The position numbers were made by a program, and so were the translations under genes. This document shows positions 1 to 12,389 of a stretch of 64,000 bases of DNA, piece after piece (the stretch's first letter is position 1; each line of letters begins with the position of its first letter). The stretch is from Octopus vulgaris (Eukaryota): positions 85,994,001-86,058,000 of the forward strand of contig OX597818.1 of NCBI GenBank assembly GCA_951406725.2, in the 5' to 3' direction. The notes under the pieces are model-generated. The model was not told the DNA's origin. It saw only the letters and a program-made list of their open reading frames with translations, and searched no databases.

Positions 1-432
1 GGAATGGTGATTAGAAGACAATGCTTAATAAATTATGAATACACACACATTGAATCGTACCTATTTACATATATGTAAAGTGCGAAAACTTTGTGAATAG
101 TGTCTCTGAATCTGCATACGTGTATGGTGATGTTTATTTGATTATGTGTATATGAATATGTATAATGTGTGTGTGTATCAAGGTGTTTATTTATACCTGT
201 AACCTATATTACTTTATACCTCCTGGTGGGTAGCACGTTGATACTAATGCGCTTACTGATGCAAAGCTGTACTGTAAATTAGGGAAAATCACAATTAAGA
301 AAGACCTCTAACTGGTACTTATTTTTTCAACCCTTAAAGGATAATATTGTCTCTTCAATTATTCTTAATTAATAATTTCTTTTCTAGACAGCCAAACAAC
401 AAAAAAAGTCATATTTGGAAAATGTAATTTAG

Positions 433-1008
433 GATCAGGTATGACTCTGTGGTTAAGAAGCTCGCTTTGCAGCCACATGGTTTCGGGTACTGTCCCACTG
501 CGTGGAACCTTAAGTAAGTATCTTCTACTACAGCCCTAGCTCCCGGTCGACCAATGCCTTTTGGGTGAGTTTGGTGGTTAGAAACTGTGTGGAAGCCAGT
601 TCATTCTTTTCTATTCAAAAGGGTTTTTTCATTCTTATATTTACATGCTATTATTTATAGCTTTATGTGTGCTTCGAGAACCAATATTATCAAAAAGATA
701 TATGTACACACACACACACACACACACATACACTAATACATAATGTGTGTATATATGGGTTTGTGTGAGTGTGTGTGTGAGTATGTATGTGTGTGTGAGA
801 GTGTGTGTTTGTCCCACCACCGCTTGACAATCAGTGTTGTGTTGGTTTGTTTACGTCACCGTAATCTAGTGGTTCAGCAAAGAATGTTCGATACATTAAG
901 CATTTGGCTTAAAAATAAGTACTGGATCGAATTGTTCAACTTAAATCCTTCAATGCAGTGCTCCATCATGGCCACAATCCAATAGCTAGAACAACTGAAA
1001 AATAACAG
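433..1008 (+). mobile_element. tRNA-headed SINE, family B (diverged; head ~433-598, tail ~800-1008, interrupted)
   Basis: Head and tail align by eye to the better copy at 56951-57350 (ctgtgtggt-aagaagct, gtcccactgcgtgg, cgcttgacaa, gtgctccatcatggcc). Confidence 0.75.
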
Positions 1009-1087
1009 ACAACTGAAATGTATCAACCTTGTGTATTACTAGTACTTACATCAAGGAAATGAAAGAAGGAAAGAAACGTGTCTAGTG

Positions 1088-1387
1088 CAGGGGTCCCCGA
1101 ACCAAGGTAAATTACCCCAAGAGGGGTAAAAAGGAAATTCTTGTGGGTAACGAGGATTCCTCAGACATAAGTAAAATTATATAAAGAAACATGTTCCTTG
1201 TTACGACAGAAATTCTTCTGGCAACACTGCATTTGTCCAATGTAATGGACGTGTAAATAGATAAATTCAATAAAACTTTTGAATTCAAAGAATCTTTTGT
1301 TTTCTTCCTTTCAAATCAAGGGGGTAAATATCGGCGTCAATAAATATAATTTGGCGGTAATTGTTTAAAAGCGTTTCCCGACGCCTG
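1088..1387. mobile_element. hAT (Charlie-like) MITE, 300 bp
   Basis: Perfect 8-bp TSD GTCTAGTG (1080-1087, 1388-1395). Imperfect TIRs CAGGGGTCCCCGAACC / CAGGCGTCGGGAAACG. Confidence 0.85.
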
Positions 1388-1976
1388 GTCTAGTGTATTA
1401 TAAGTATCGTCTTTTTGAACGACAAAGAAAAGAACGTTAACGTATGTGACCGAAAATCAAAGTAGCAAAATTCTTAACAATTAGTCGTCGCAGTTCTTGT
1501 ACAAGCTACTTTCATTCTCAGTTCACTTTTAGCAGAAGTAATTTTACTTCGATGATATCACTGCTGTTCACATGACGATCATAAACTTCATAACGTTTGT
1601 ATTTCTTTTTGCAATAAATGGAAAAGCTTGTAACGCGTTTGTGCTTGTTTATGAGAAGTTAGATCCGTATATCAATGCTGTGAGTTAATTCTCTTCGTCT
1701 TGAAAAAGGGTAAAATATCTACTAACCTTATAACCGTTTCATAGAATTAGCCATGACGCCCCTTTACAATATGAAATCTTGGGTTGAATAAAGAAATCAA
1801 TAGGGCAGTGGATTGGGGGAAACGATGGAGTATCGAACAAAAATGCCATGTGGTGTTTAGGGATTACAGCAGAAGATGTGATGTCAAAGATTTAGCAGCT
1901 AATTTACGCAAGTCGCGCAACTACAACAGAGGGCTATCATGCTAACTGATGACGATGACGATGAAACATTGTTTAC

Positions 1977-3487
1977 TAGGGTGGAACGGAAAAGAGACTT
2001 TTTACACAGATTTTCAAAATATCTTTTTAAGAATATATTTTTTGTTGCAAAATTCTTTAAAAATATCTATGTTAAAATCTGAAGTTTCTAAATTTACATC
2101 TTCAGACTCCGCAGCTCACTTGAAATTTTGAATAATATGCGAAAATTCAATTTATAACACGTTTGCCGTTCTTCATTTTATTTTTACATTCATTCTTACG
2201 AATTAATTTTCTCTCACAAAATCTTTTAAAAACAAAAGTATTAAAATCTCTAACTCTAAAATTTATATCTTTAGACTCCGCAACGCACTTAAAATTTCGA
2301 AATTATGTGAAATAGATAGACTTAATGACTTTATTTTCTTTATTATTTTTAATACTAGGTCACCGAATATATGTGTTACATGATGTCCAGATTACACACA
2401 CATTAAAATGAAATTTTGATTCTTGACACATTTTGCTGATAAAAATAATTAACGTTTCCAATTTATTCGAAATAATTCCATGTAACTAAATAATACGAAT
2501 CAACCTCTGAACGTTCTGTTTAGATACTTCTTTATCTATTATGCTGTGTTTATCTGTTGATCCTGTAAAAAATCTTGTTCTCTCTGTGGTACATTTTTGT
2601 CTCTACTACAACTGCAGTTTTTAAAGGAGTTACACTTGCAACAGGAAATGTCAAATAAATATTTTGTTGCATTGTTTTTAAACACATTACACTTTGTTTG
2701 AAATAATGACACATTTTTTTCTATTTTTCATAGATTTTAGTAATGTTTGGTACTTTAGATAAAAGTTTAAGATTTTCGGTTTAACTGATTCAGTCGTAAC
2801 ACAAGGGATGGATGCCTTTTGCTAAAGAAGAATTATCTTTTCTGCTACAATCTTGACAATTTGTTTAAGTGAAGGATCTTTCTTAACTACATTCTTTTCT
2901 TTTTCTCGTTCAAATAAAACACATTTTAGTACGTCCTTGTAAGTTGGCAAAACTCGTTCGCTAAGATCCCATGGAGTACCAAATATTTGACATTCAATAT
3001 CATGACGCGTTATTGGCTTATGAGTCATCACTAAATGTAAATAACACTAAATTTAACACGATCATTAATTTTAATACAATGGCTTAAAGTCTAGGTACAA
3101 AGCAGAAGACTTCACACACATATGACGTACGTCCACACGCAACGACCGTTGTAGCAGCATTAGAAAGAAGTTCACACTCCCGTTCTCCTTATGGTCAATG
3201 CAGAACCTTAAGATATTAGTCAATTGTATTGCAAATTGGTATGCATCCTCTTAAGGATATTATATTTGCTGTTTTGTATTCTGCTATGTAGAAAGATGTA
3301 TTCGTTACGACTTTATAATCCATGAAATCCAAAATTTAAAAAAGTTCAATTGCGTATTGTGTTGCGGAATCTGAAACAAATGTTTAACCGCAAAGTTCTT
3401 TATACACCTTTCTTTTAACCCTAATTCGCAAGAAAATATTAATTCTTGGTTACCAATTCCAAAAGTTACATTTTTCGCTCCATCCTA
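1977..3487 (-). mobile_element. Internally deleted hAT (hATm-type) DNA transposon, 1511 bp
   Basis: TIRs TAGGGTGGAACGGAAAA / TAGGATGGAGCGAAAAA. 8-bp TSD TTGTTTAC (1969-1976) / TTGTTTGC (3488-3495). Repeated subterminal motif (tcagactccgca at ~2102, ~2270; inverted ~3365). Transposase remnant inside. Confidence 0.85.
2520..3031 (-). pseudogene. hATm-type transposase N-terminal remnant (stops/frameshift)
   Basis: Manual translation: LPTYKDVLKC...IVAEKIILL*(W)QKASIPCVT...LFDISCCKC..CSC..KNVPQREQDFLQDQ, resembling the Cys-rich N-terminus of hATm transposases. Confidence 0.7.
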
Positions 3488-4586
3488 TTGTTTGCGGCTA
3501 CTAAGAGAAATACCAAAAATATTTAGTTGCAGATATTAACTCATTTACTTCGGCCCAAACTCCTAATATTTCACCACTATAGAGGCTCTCTAGCTAGCCG
3601 ATAATGATGACCATTATATGATCGTTATTACGATACACATTTTTTACAGCTGCTAAGATATTTAACATAAGTATTTTGCTGAAAATATCTGCTCATTTAC
3701 TTCGGCTCAAACTCACAATATCAAAATAAAATAAAATAAAATTTAATTTTTGTAAAATTTCTATAAAGCTTTCGGATCGATAAAATTAAATTTGAAATGA
3801 GATATTTCTGTCTATGAGATTTGAAAGAAATTATAGCAATCTAATGTACTCTTTCTGCCATATTTGGCATCTATATTGCTTTTGTCGCATGAAATATTTC
3901 GGTTATCTAAGTCTGTATCAGAAAATTGTAGAATTTACTGTCAATTTTTTTATTAATCATCTAATGACAATTGATACTATAATGAAAAATATTATATATT
4001 CCGAATGGGACATACTTGATGAATGGAACATTCTCTCCCATTATAAATGCCTAATAAATCAAATTAAAATCAGTTTGAATTTTCTTTATCGAGCTGGACT
4101 CATATTAGATTCATATTTTCAAAATTTGAATCTAAATACATCACCACCACCACCGCTAAACCGACCCGACAACCCTACACCAGCCAGTCATATATATAAT
4201 TAGTCACTCGGGGTGCTAGATATAGAAGTCAAATCATCTTCAAATGACACCCTACCGTTTTAAAAAAGGTTAGGCATATTGGTTAAAGTAATCATCTTCA
4301 TTTGTTAGCAGAACTAAAAGCTTTATTTACTGAAAAGATTTAATAAAACCGAAATATGTCCAGAGTCGTCTCTGCACTACTAAGATTACACTCAATAACT
4401 ACTCAGCATTGTTCACATTCTAGTTTTAATTAATTTTAATGAACTAACATTTATTGCTCACTACGTTAATTATATCAGAACTGGCTATAACATTACGAAT
4501 ACCAAATCTACAGATTCTGCAATATTGTTGTTTTATAATTAGTTATAAGAATATTTAATTTTGTGGGTATGACTGGAGTTGTTGCA

Positions 4587-4775
4587 TTCTTTTATCTATT
4601 CCTTGTTTCAGTCGTTGGACCGCCTTGAAGGTTTTCGTTTTAGTCGAACGAATCGATCCCAAAACGTATTTTTTAGAAGTCTGGTCCTTATTTTGTCAAT
4701 ATTCTTTGCCAAGCCGCTAACTTACGCATACGTAAATAAACCAACACTGGTTGTCAATCTGTGCTGGTGATATAC
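4587..4775 (-). mobile_element. SINE family B tail fragment
   Basis: Reverse complement matches the family B tail (cttgtttcagtc, gccgctaacttacg, aaaccaacactggttgtcaa). Confidence 0.7.
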
Positions 4776-4944
4776 AAGAACATAAAGGCATACACACGCA
4801 GACACATACATACTTACAACACGCGCGTGCACACACACACGCACTCCTTCACACACACACTCACACACACACACTATTGAAAACAATTTGGTTCGGCTCC
4901 TTGCGGCTTAAAGTTTATTAATCTCTCTCATTAAACAAATATTG

Positions 4945-5686
4945 GCCGAACCTGTTCTCTCCCTCAACTGTTTCTCGTTCACGGAAGATTTTTACCGATA
5001 GTACTCGGGAGTAGCCATGGGAACGAGAACGGGCCCCAACTATGCGAACCTGTTCGTTGGCTACGTTGAGGCCCAAATATTTTCAAGATCCATTGATCCC
5101 ACTCCTCAGCTATACAATCATTATATTGAAGACTGTATCGGTGTGACCTCACTCTCCCGCGAACAACTAGACCCCATCCTCCCTTTTGTCCAATCCTTCA
5201 ATCTTGCCCTCAAATTCTCCTGCACTATTTCCAACACTTCCGTTGCATTTCTCGACATTTCTGTCAATATACACAACTCCACTCTCACTAACTGCATCCA
5301 CTACAAACACACCGATTCTCACCCCTATCTTAACTTCTCCTCCTCCTACCCTCACAGGCACCCATCATTGTCCCTATCATATCAACAACTTCTTTACTTG
5401 CACTTCTAGTAACGTTATTTGCTGCATCTCCTGCTTTTTCTGCCCTTCTCTGTACATCGGTCAAACGGGACGCCGCTTCGCTGACCGGTTCGCAGAGCAC
5501 CTCCGAGACATCAGACTCGGCAATGATATCCTGCTCTACCGGTCATTCACTACAGCACTTGTCTGTGTTTGGATTGTCTTTGCACAGGGGACATCCGGAC
5601 TCCCGCCTTCGCCTTGATCAGAAATTAATCTTCTCTCTTCGCTTCTTTGCACTACATGGGCTCAAATCCACCCCGCTCTTCATCTG
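4945..5686 (+). pseudogene. Penelope-like RT + GIY-YIG endonuclease pseudogene (frameshifted, RT-EN linker deleted)
   Basis: ORF track 5017-5409 (RT part) and 5186-5617 (GIY-YIG part) are in different frames. Confidence 0.85.
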
Positions 5687-6204
5687 ACTCTCCTTCTCAC
5701 CTTTCTTCATCTGACACCTACTTCCTCTCTTCACCCCTACTCATCTCTCTTCTCTTTTCCTCTGACACCAACTTCCTCTTTTCACTTTTCTCACTTCATT
5801 GATACCCCCTCCACCCACCCCACACCCAAACGCCCCAACCTACCCCACACCTCAAATACACACCCATATCACCACCCCACACCCCTACCCACATCCTCAC
5901 ACCTCCACATATCCCCACACATCCCCATACCCCCAACACAGTCCCACACCCACACATTACAGACGCACACACGCACCAATCCACACGCGCCAAAACCACT
6001 AGTTCCTATCCACACACACACACACACACACACACATTCTCAAATACACGCACACGCACGCGCACCTTCGTTTTGGGATCACCAATACTTTATTATCTCT
6101 CCTTCTTTCAACCTCTCCTGTGAAACCTTTTTTCCAACAAGTCGCAATGCCTGACCACTAAATTCACAAGTTTTTAAATTCTCTCTGTTTATTTTCTCTT
6201 ATTC

Positions 6205-6240
6205 CTTTCTGTTGAAGATCGTAAGCTCGAAACGTAAAAG
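6205..6240 (+). ncRNA. Minimal hammerhead-like motif (variant core) in Penelope 3' terminus
   Basis: CTTT-CTGTTGA-AGATCGTAAGCTC-GAAAC-GTA-AAAG: stem I CTTT/AAAG, palindromic ACGT stem III. The core has A6>U and stem II is imperfect. Confidence 0.5.
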
Positions 6241-6358
6241 ACTTTCTCACTTTCCTGATCGGCAAACCAATACACCTGCTTGTTGTTCATACACCTGCCT
6301 TCGTCTTTTGGTTTTCTGTAAATTTCAACTACACACACACACACACACACTCACACGC

Positions 6359-6749
6359 TATATTAAATCTCAGAATAAGAGGTAAACAGTAACAATACGG
6401 GATCGTAAAATATATTTGCCAACTAAATGTGGCGATCCCATAGAGGACGATGTTACTCTTGTATTTAGCCCCAGGAAGACGTCTCCTCCAGCTGGCTAAC
6501 GACACTGTCTGTGTCCGATTAGTATTTGCGAAGGGAGGTCATTGCTCACATCTCTAGTCTTACATGATATACACATACCTGGGTTTCTAGGTAATTACTT
6601 GTCTTCAGTGTGTGATAATACCTAGCTAGTGGTGAAAACTCATTCCACTCGCAAAATATTATATGCTTTTTCCAGCGGCAAACTGTTGGCAAATATATTT
6701 TACGATTCCGTACTATTACTGCTTACTTCTCGCTCAGAGATTTAATATA
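6359..6749 (-). mobile_element. Short non-coding element with ~65-bp imperfect terminal inverted repeats and an internal hammerhead (probable Penelope-derived terminus)
   Basis: 6359-6423 is the inverted copy of 6685-6749. Hammerhead at 6571-6613. Additional inverted duplicate 6602-6673 / 6790-6864. Confidence 0.6.
6571..6613 (-). ncRNA. Type I minimal hammerhead ribozyme motif
   Basis: Minus strand ACACA-CTGAAGA-CAAGTAATTACCTA-GAAAC-CCAG-GTA^TGTGT: intact core, 5-bp stem I, GUA triplet. Stem II has two mismatches relative to the palindrome TAGGTAATTACCTA. Confidence 0.7.
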
Positions 6750-8899
6750 ACTTATTTCTCCTTTTTCGAGATCAGTGACAGTTCGTCGATGGAAAAAAAG
6801 CATATAGTATTTTGCGAGTGGAATGAGTTTTCATCACTACCTGGTGACTATCACACACTGAAGATGGGCAACGTCCAACGCCAGATTCACCTACAATACA
6901 TCCACTTTGAAAACCAGACAATTCTCTTGCTGCTGGATAATTGATTCTCCAGTGATGCTTTACATCGCAGAAAGAGAGAGAGAGAGAGAGAGAAGATCAT
7001 GATGAGTGCACATACTAGGCCTCCTGGCAAAAAATGACAGACAATGTGTAAAAGAGCATTTCACATACTAAGTGAGAATGAAAGAATCATAGAGTCAGAG
7101 GTAGAAGAGACGGAATAAAAGACAGTGTAATATATTTTTTTCTGAAAATTAATGTTTTCATCATTTTCCATAACAGAAAATTTGATAAAAGTTCAATTAT
7201 TGTATGTATGTTACATTTCCTGATAATACCCGTAGTGGTAAAACAGACTTCCAAAGTTACCTGTTTATTTGGTAGGTAACTCTTCGAATCTAAGGCTTTA
7301 TAAAAATATTTGTTTTGATTGTTATTTTCACCGCCACAATTTCTTTACAGCTCTGTCGAAAATAGCGTTTATAATTGACTTGTATAACCAAGATGTGTAG
7401 TGAAATATGACACTAAAGTAGCATACTAACATCTACTAATGGGGCTTACGAAGAGGGATATGATTTTAAACTTACTCTTAATTAACTGGAATTAATTTCG
7501 ACTATCAGTTGTTGAGCTAATTTCATAAAACATGGACTGACAAATCACAGTTTTAAATTGAAAAATAAAACCGTAATTAAATTACTATAATTTCCCTTTT
7601 TAATATAAGGATCGTTGTATTAAAACACAGTTTCGCTGAAAAATGAAACTAACAAAAGACATAAAAATGTCTTTAAAAGTTACTTCGTTTCCAAGGAAGA
7701 GATTTTCATTTTGAGTATTAAGTTGATAAGACAGTAAAGTTTGTGCCAGTTTTATCTTTCAGCAATCAACAGTTAAACAGCCTTTTTAATTCTTGCATCT
7801 TATTTCGTGTATTCTCACAACTTGCTTGTAGTTGAAGAATGTAAGGAATAAACACCATATCACGAATTTCGCCTGAAATAGATAAGACTGTTACTTTTGT
7901 CTGATTTATTAGTGGCTCTCAGAGATTTTGGAACAACGCCAAAAGCAGCCCTGATAATTTTCACATAAAATCCTATTTACATTATTGCGATTCGGAAAGG
8001 AACCACATTCCTGTTCTACTTCTAAATAGGGGTCATTGATGGTTGAGGCAGGTGCTTTGTCAGTAAGAGTACAAATAATAAAGCTATTTCATATGTAATT
8101 TGCGGTTAGACAATGAATAACATATAAGCTTGTGCTATGATATTTAATGTACAGAGAATATTATAAGGCTAATTTGAACAGATATGTGATGAAATAAAGC
8201 GACATTAATATACTTTTCATTCTATGTTGCAAGTAACGTAAACAATCCCGAACATGTTTTGGTTTTAATCTGACCTCCTCACCGAAATATAGTGTTAACG
8301 GTTCTTGTGCGTTATGACTGAATCAATGAGAATTGTGTAGAAGTGTTCATTTTGGTGCAAGGAAATAAATCGAAATAAATTGGTTTCAATGTTATGGTCG
8401 ACATTCTTCATACTTAAAATAAATAAAGAAAAGAAAAATAAATAAGTTAAGATAATAAAACAAATAAAAGTGAAAAAAAGAAAGAAAGAGAGATGCAGAA
8501 ATGCTGAGAGTTGTCTCTCCTACTTGCGGGAAAAAACAAAAATAGTATTAGTTAATGGAAACAGTTATTAATCTGTAAGTAAATATTAAGAACTTTCTAG
8601 TCTCTTCATTTATTAATCTGCTTCATTTCTACGAACAAAAACCTAAATTTTTCCCTGAATTTGCTCCAGATTAAATTATTTCCACCTATAATGAAATGTT
8701 TCACTTTAAAAAATCAATAATTCACAATTCACAGATAATTGTCATTCTGGCGGTCTTTAAAAATAATGAAACTGTACTATATATGATTACGAAAGGCGAG
8801 AAACTTCGTATCAAGTGAACGACAAGTAAAATTAAATATGTAACTTTTATGCATTTTTCCTTACAATTCCTTAAGTTCAATTTCTAAATTATAATCCAG

Positions 8900-9346
8900 C
8901 TTCACATGGGTCTTCTCTGTCTTGTATATAGTTGCGAGATATGGACTTTGTCCGGGGCCCCGAAGAGCCATTTGAACTCCTTTGGTACCTGAACGCCATT
9001 GGTCGAGTTTCGAACACAACCAACGACTTTACTCAGAAAGTTGGATGCGTCCTGTTACCCGAATGATTCGGGAGAATCATCTCAGACTGTCTGCTCGTAT
9101 TGCTCGACTTTCCGAGTTGGATCCTGCATATCGTGTTCTCCTCTCTGAGGATCCGGCTAAGATTGACGGTTCATGTTGGTCGGCCACATGCCACATAGTC
9201 ATATTGGATGAGGAAGTATCTTGCATAAACAGAGAGAGACGGAGACACTGCTCGGAGGGTTGACCTGGAGCAAATACCAAGCAAATACCGACAAGTGCTG
9301 GATGCTGCGATTCATTGCAACCGTGCATGACCCCATATCTGACCTG
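8900..9346 (+). mobile_element. RTE-clade LINE 3' fragment (decayed)
   Basis: Remnant peptide YSCEIWTL...MRPVTRMIRENHLRLSARIARLSELDPAYRVLLSEDP, typical of the RTE ORF C-terminus (LRLFGHVAR...DPA). Confidence 0.7.
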
Positions 9347-9371
9347 TTGGAATAATTATCTCCTTTGTAAT

Positions 9372-9568
9372 CCCTTTTGATCGGATCCCTTTTGATCGGA
9401 ATTCGCTTCCCTTTTTTTCTTTTCACGATCCCTTTTGATCGGAATTCGCACCCCATTTTTTTCTTTTTTTTTTCTATTTCTCCCCTTCTCTTCTTCCCAA
9501 AAAGAAAAAAGCCCTACTTTGTATTTTGTCCCTTCTGTGTTTAGCCCTGCGTGGCCAATAAAGAAATC
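9372..9568 (+). mobile_element. 5'-truncated 3' UTR end of Tx1/L1-clade LINE with 15-bp TSD
   Basis: TSD TATCTCCTTTGTAAT (9357-9371, 9569-9583). cgatccc(t/a)ttgatc plus pyrimidine tract shared with 63927-64000. Ends agccctgcgtggccaataaagaaa. Confidence 0.75.
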
Positions 9569-10029
9569 TATCTCCTTTGTAATAGCTGCGACCCTTTGGG
9601 GACCACATGTAAATGATATTTTTATTTCTCTGCATATTTAATTTGTGGGTGAAAGCATTTTAATGGACTTTACATTAAAATGGCAACACTAACATACATA
9701 TTGTTATGAAGACGGTATCTATCAATAAATAATAGCTTATTTTAAAAAGAAATATTAATGGACAATAGTTAAGTTGAACCAACTCAGATTAGGAACTCCA
9801 TGAATATGTAGCAAAGTTTAGAAATAATAGGACTAATATAAAATTCAAAGTTGACATTAAAATTTTCATGCATAAGATTATTAAATAAATTTTTTTTTAT
9901 ATGTTTGAGGTTTTATATAAAATCAATTTTCTACTCTGCTGAAAGAATGTCTTCTGTGTTTTTTCGTTTTGTTTCTTGATGAAAAATTTTACCTTCTGCA
10001 TGAATATGGCTTAAAAGACTTTAATACAA

Positions 10030-10308
10030 AGCAGTAGTAGTAGTAAAAGTAGCAGCAGCAGTAGTAGTGGTGTAGTAATAGCAACAGTAGTAGTAGGATA
10101 TATAGTGGTGGTGGTGGTCGTCGTCGTAGTAGTAGTGGTGATTGTGGTGGTGATGGTAGTGGTATTAGTAGTGGTAGTAGTAACAGTAGTAACAGCAGTA
10201 GCAACAGCAGCAGCAGTAACAGCAGCAGTAGCAGCAGCAGTTGTAGTGGCAGCATTAACAGCAGCAGCAGCAGTAGTAGTAGTAGTTGTATTAGTATTAG
10301 TAGTAGTT

Positions 10309-10350
<42 letters not shown>

Positions 10351-10452
10351 ATAGTAGTAGTAATAGTAGTAGTAATGGTAGTAGTAGTAGTAGCAGCAGT
10401 AGCAGCAGCAACAGCAGTAGTTGTAATACAAGTAGCAAAATAGTTGCTGTTG
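10030..10452. repeat. Compound trinucleotide microsatellite (TAG/CAG/TGG)n
   Basis: Seen directly. Confidence 0.95.
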
Positions 10453-10694
10453 CTGTTTTAGGATTAATTGAGCAAATCTACGTTTTGTTCCATGTGTGTA
10501 TTCTCATAGCGACCGCTTAGACGCAACCTCATAGGGTTATGTAATTAAATTTATTCGCTAAGCACAGAATTACTTGAATCAGTGGCGTATGGTGGTTGTT
10601 GTATTGGATGTGCAGCAACACCCAATGCCACCAAATTTCAAGCAGAGGTATAACAAAAGTTTTCCATTAAGATTTTCAATTAAATTAATGAACA

Positions 10695-11018
10695 AGGCTC
10701 AGTGGTTAGAGCGTCGGGCTCACAGTCATGAGGTAGTGAGTTCGATTCCCAGAGCGAGTTGTGTGTTGTGTTCTCGAGCAAGACACTTTATTTCACGTTG
10801 CTCCAGGTCACTCAGCTGTAGAAATGAGTTCCGACGTCACTGGTACCAAGCTGTATCGGCCTTTGCCTTTTCCTTGAACAACATCGGTAGCATGGACAGG
10901 GATGCTGATATGCATGTGCGACTGCTGGTCTTCCATAAACAAACTTACACAGACTTGTGCATCGGAGGGTAACTTCCTAGGTGCAATCCCATGGTCACTC
11001 GTGACCGAAGGAGTTCTT
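10695..11018 (+). mobile_element. tRNA-headed SINE (distinct family, CORE-like segment)
   Basis: A box ggctcagtggtt, B box gagttcgattccc, then gtgttctcgagcaagacacttta (CORE-like) and a non-tRNA body. Confidence 0.7.
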
Positions 11019-11261
11019 AAAAAAATGTTAATGTTTATAATGAATTTGCCATTTCCGATGGGTGTGCAGTGCACACCTAACACACACAGAATGTACCCCC
11101 CTGATACGAACCCGTTTTCTTGTTTTGATTCTCAGTTGAAGCCATATCACTTTTCTAACCCGTTTGCTTATGTCTTTGGTCAAGTATGTACCGCACCACA
11201 TTTCGTTTCATTATATCTCCTTTGAGATATAATGAGATATTTGAGTTCTTGATGATATCTT

Positions 11262-11420
11262 TTATCCTCTACTTGCTTCAGTCATTGGGCTGCGACCATC
11301 CTGGAAGTCTTGAAAGTTCTAGTCGATCACATCAACCCCAGTACTTGTTTTACTTATTATATCGGTGTCTTTTGCCGAACCGATAGGCTACGGGGACATA
11401 AACAAAACCAACACCCGTCA
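11262..11420 (-). mobile_element. SINE family B tail fragment
   Basis: Reverse complement matches the family B tail (cttgcttcagtcatt, ttttgccgaacc). Confidence 0.65.
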
Positions 11421-11499
11421 AATATAATAGATACATACATACATACATACATACATACATACATACATACATACATTACATACATACATACAAAAATAC

Positions 11500-11592
11500 C
11501 CCGTTGATGTTGAAATTCCAGTGAAGGGGCCTTGGAACTAGATTAGAAACCGCTTCTTTCTCTATTAACAAGAAATCTTGAAATAAAACTGA
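11500..11592 (-). repeat. Dispersed repeat family E (second copy 16245-16325 on +), both abutting (TATG)n
   Basis: gttgaaattccagtgaaggggccttgga...agaaaccg...tttctctatt is the reverse complement of 16258-16318. Confidence 0.6.
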
Positions 11593-11882
11593 TTAATGAC
11601 ATATGACATACATACACACATACATACATACATTTAAGTATATATGAATATGTCTAGACGTGCAACTATATGCATGAGAATACATACATGAAACAACAAA
11701 ATCTGTCCATGGACATACATACATACATAAATACATACATACATACATACAGCTTATATATATATATATATTTATATATATACGATGGGCCTGCCCACAA
11801 TATCCGTTTAACAATATCATTCACTAGGCTTTAGTTGACCCGAGGCTAAAGTAGAAGGCAGCAGCAAATAAATAAATGATAA

Positions 11883-12272
11883 TGTGGAAGCACTCTGTCG
11901 GTTACGACGACGAGGGTTCCGGTTGATCCGAATCAACGGAACAGCCTGCTCGTGAAATTAACGTGTAAGTAGTGGCTGAGCACTTCACAGACACGTGTAC
12001 CCTTAGCGTAGTTCTCGGGGATATTCAGCGTGACACAGAGAGTGACAAGGCCGGCCCTTTGAAATTCAGGTACAACAGAAACAGGAAGTAAGAGTGAGAG
12101 AAAGTTGTGGTGAAAGAGTACAGCAGGGATCACCACCATCCCCTGCCGGAGCCTCGTGGAGCTTTAGGTGTTTTCGCTCAATAAACACTCCCAACGCCCG
12201 GTCTGGGAATCGAAATCGCGATCCTATGACCACGAGTCCGCTGCCCTAACCACTGGGCCATTGCGCCTCCAC
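11883..12272 (-). mobile_element. tRNA-headed SINE family C, full length
   Basis: Minus strand begins gtggaggcgcaatggcccagtggttagggcagcggactc...ttcgattcccagacc (A/B boxes). Highly similar to 13433-13812. Confidence 0.9.
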
Positions 12273-12389
12273 AAATAATAATAACAATAATAACAATAAT
12301 AAAAAGGGGCTATGCAGTGCAACTGATATCGAAACCACATAACTGCAAAGCTATGCTTCTTAACCACACAGCCACGCTTGCGCCTACAA

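Larger units (their letters stand above)
4900..6332 (+). mobile_element. Penelope-like retroelement, 5'-truncated and decayed, with 3' pseudo-LTR-like terminus
   Basis: RT motifs GVAMGTRTGPNYANLF, YIED (YIDD), VAFLDISV, HYKHTDSH. GIY-YIG motifs CTSSNVICCISC...LYIGQTGRRFADRFAEH. Pyrimidine-rich 3' region with hammerhead-like motif; ends at (CA)n. Confidence 0.9.

Noticed and set aside
3532-3721. ~38-bp direct repeat pair (ctcatttacttcggc.caaactc)
   Set aside because: Only two copies with no element boundaries found; probably an old DNA-transposon subterminal remnant.
3814-4203. 129-aa ORF
   Set aside because: AT-rich, no recognisable domain or splice context; likely chance.
6359-6864. DIRS-type ITR/ICR structure
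   Set aside because: Internal block order is B-A', not the A'-B expected for a circle-junction complement, and no tyrosine recombinase remnant is visible.
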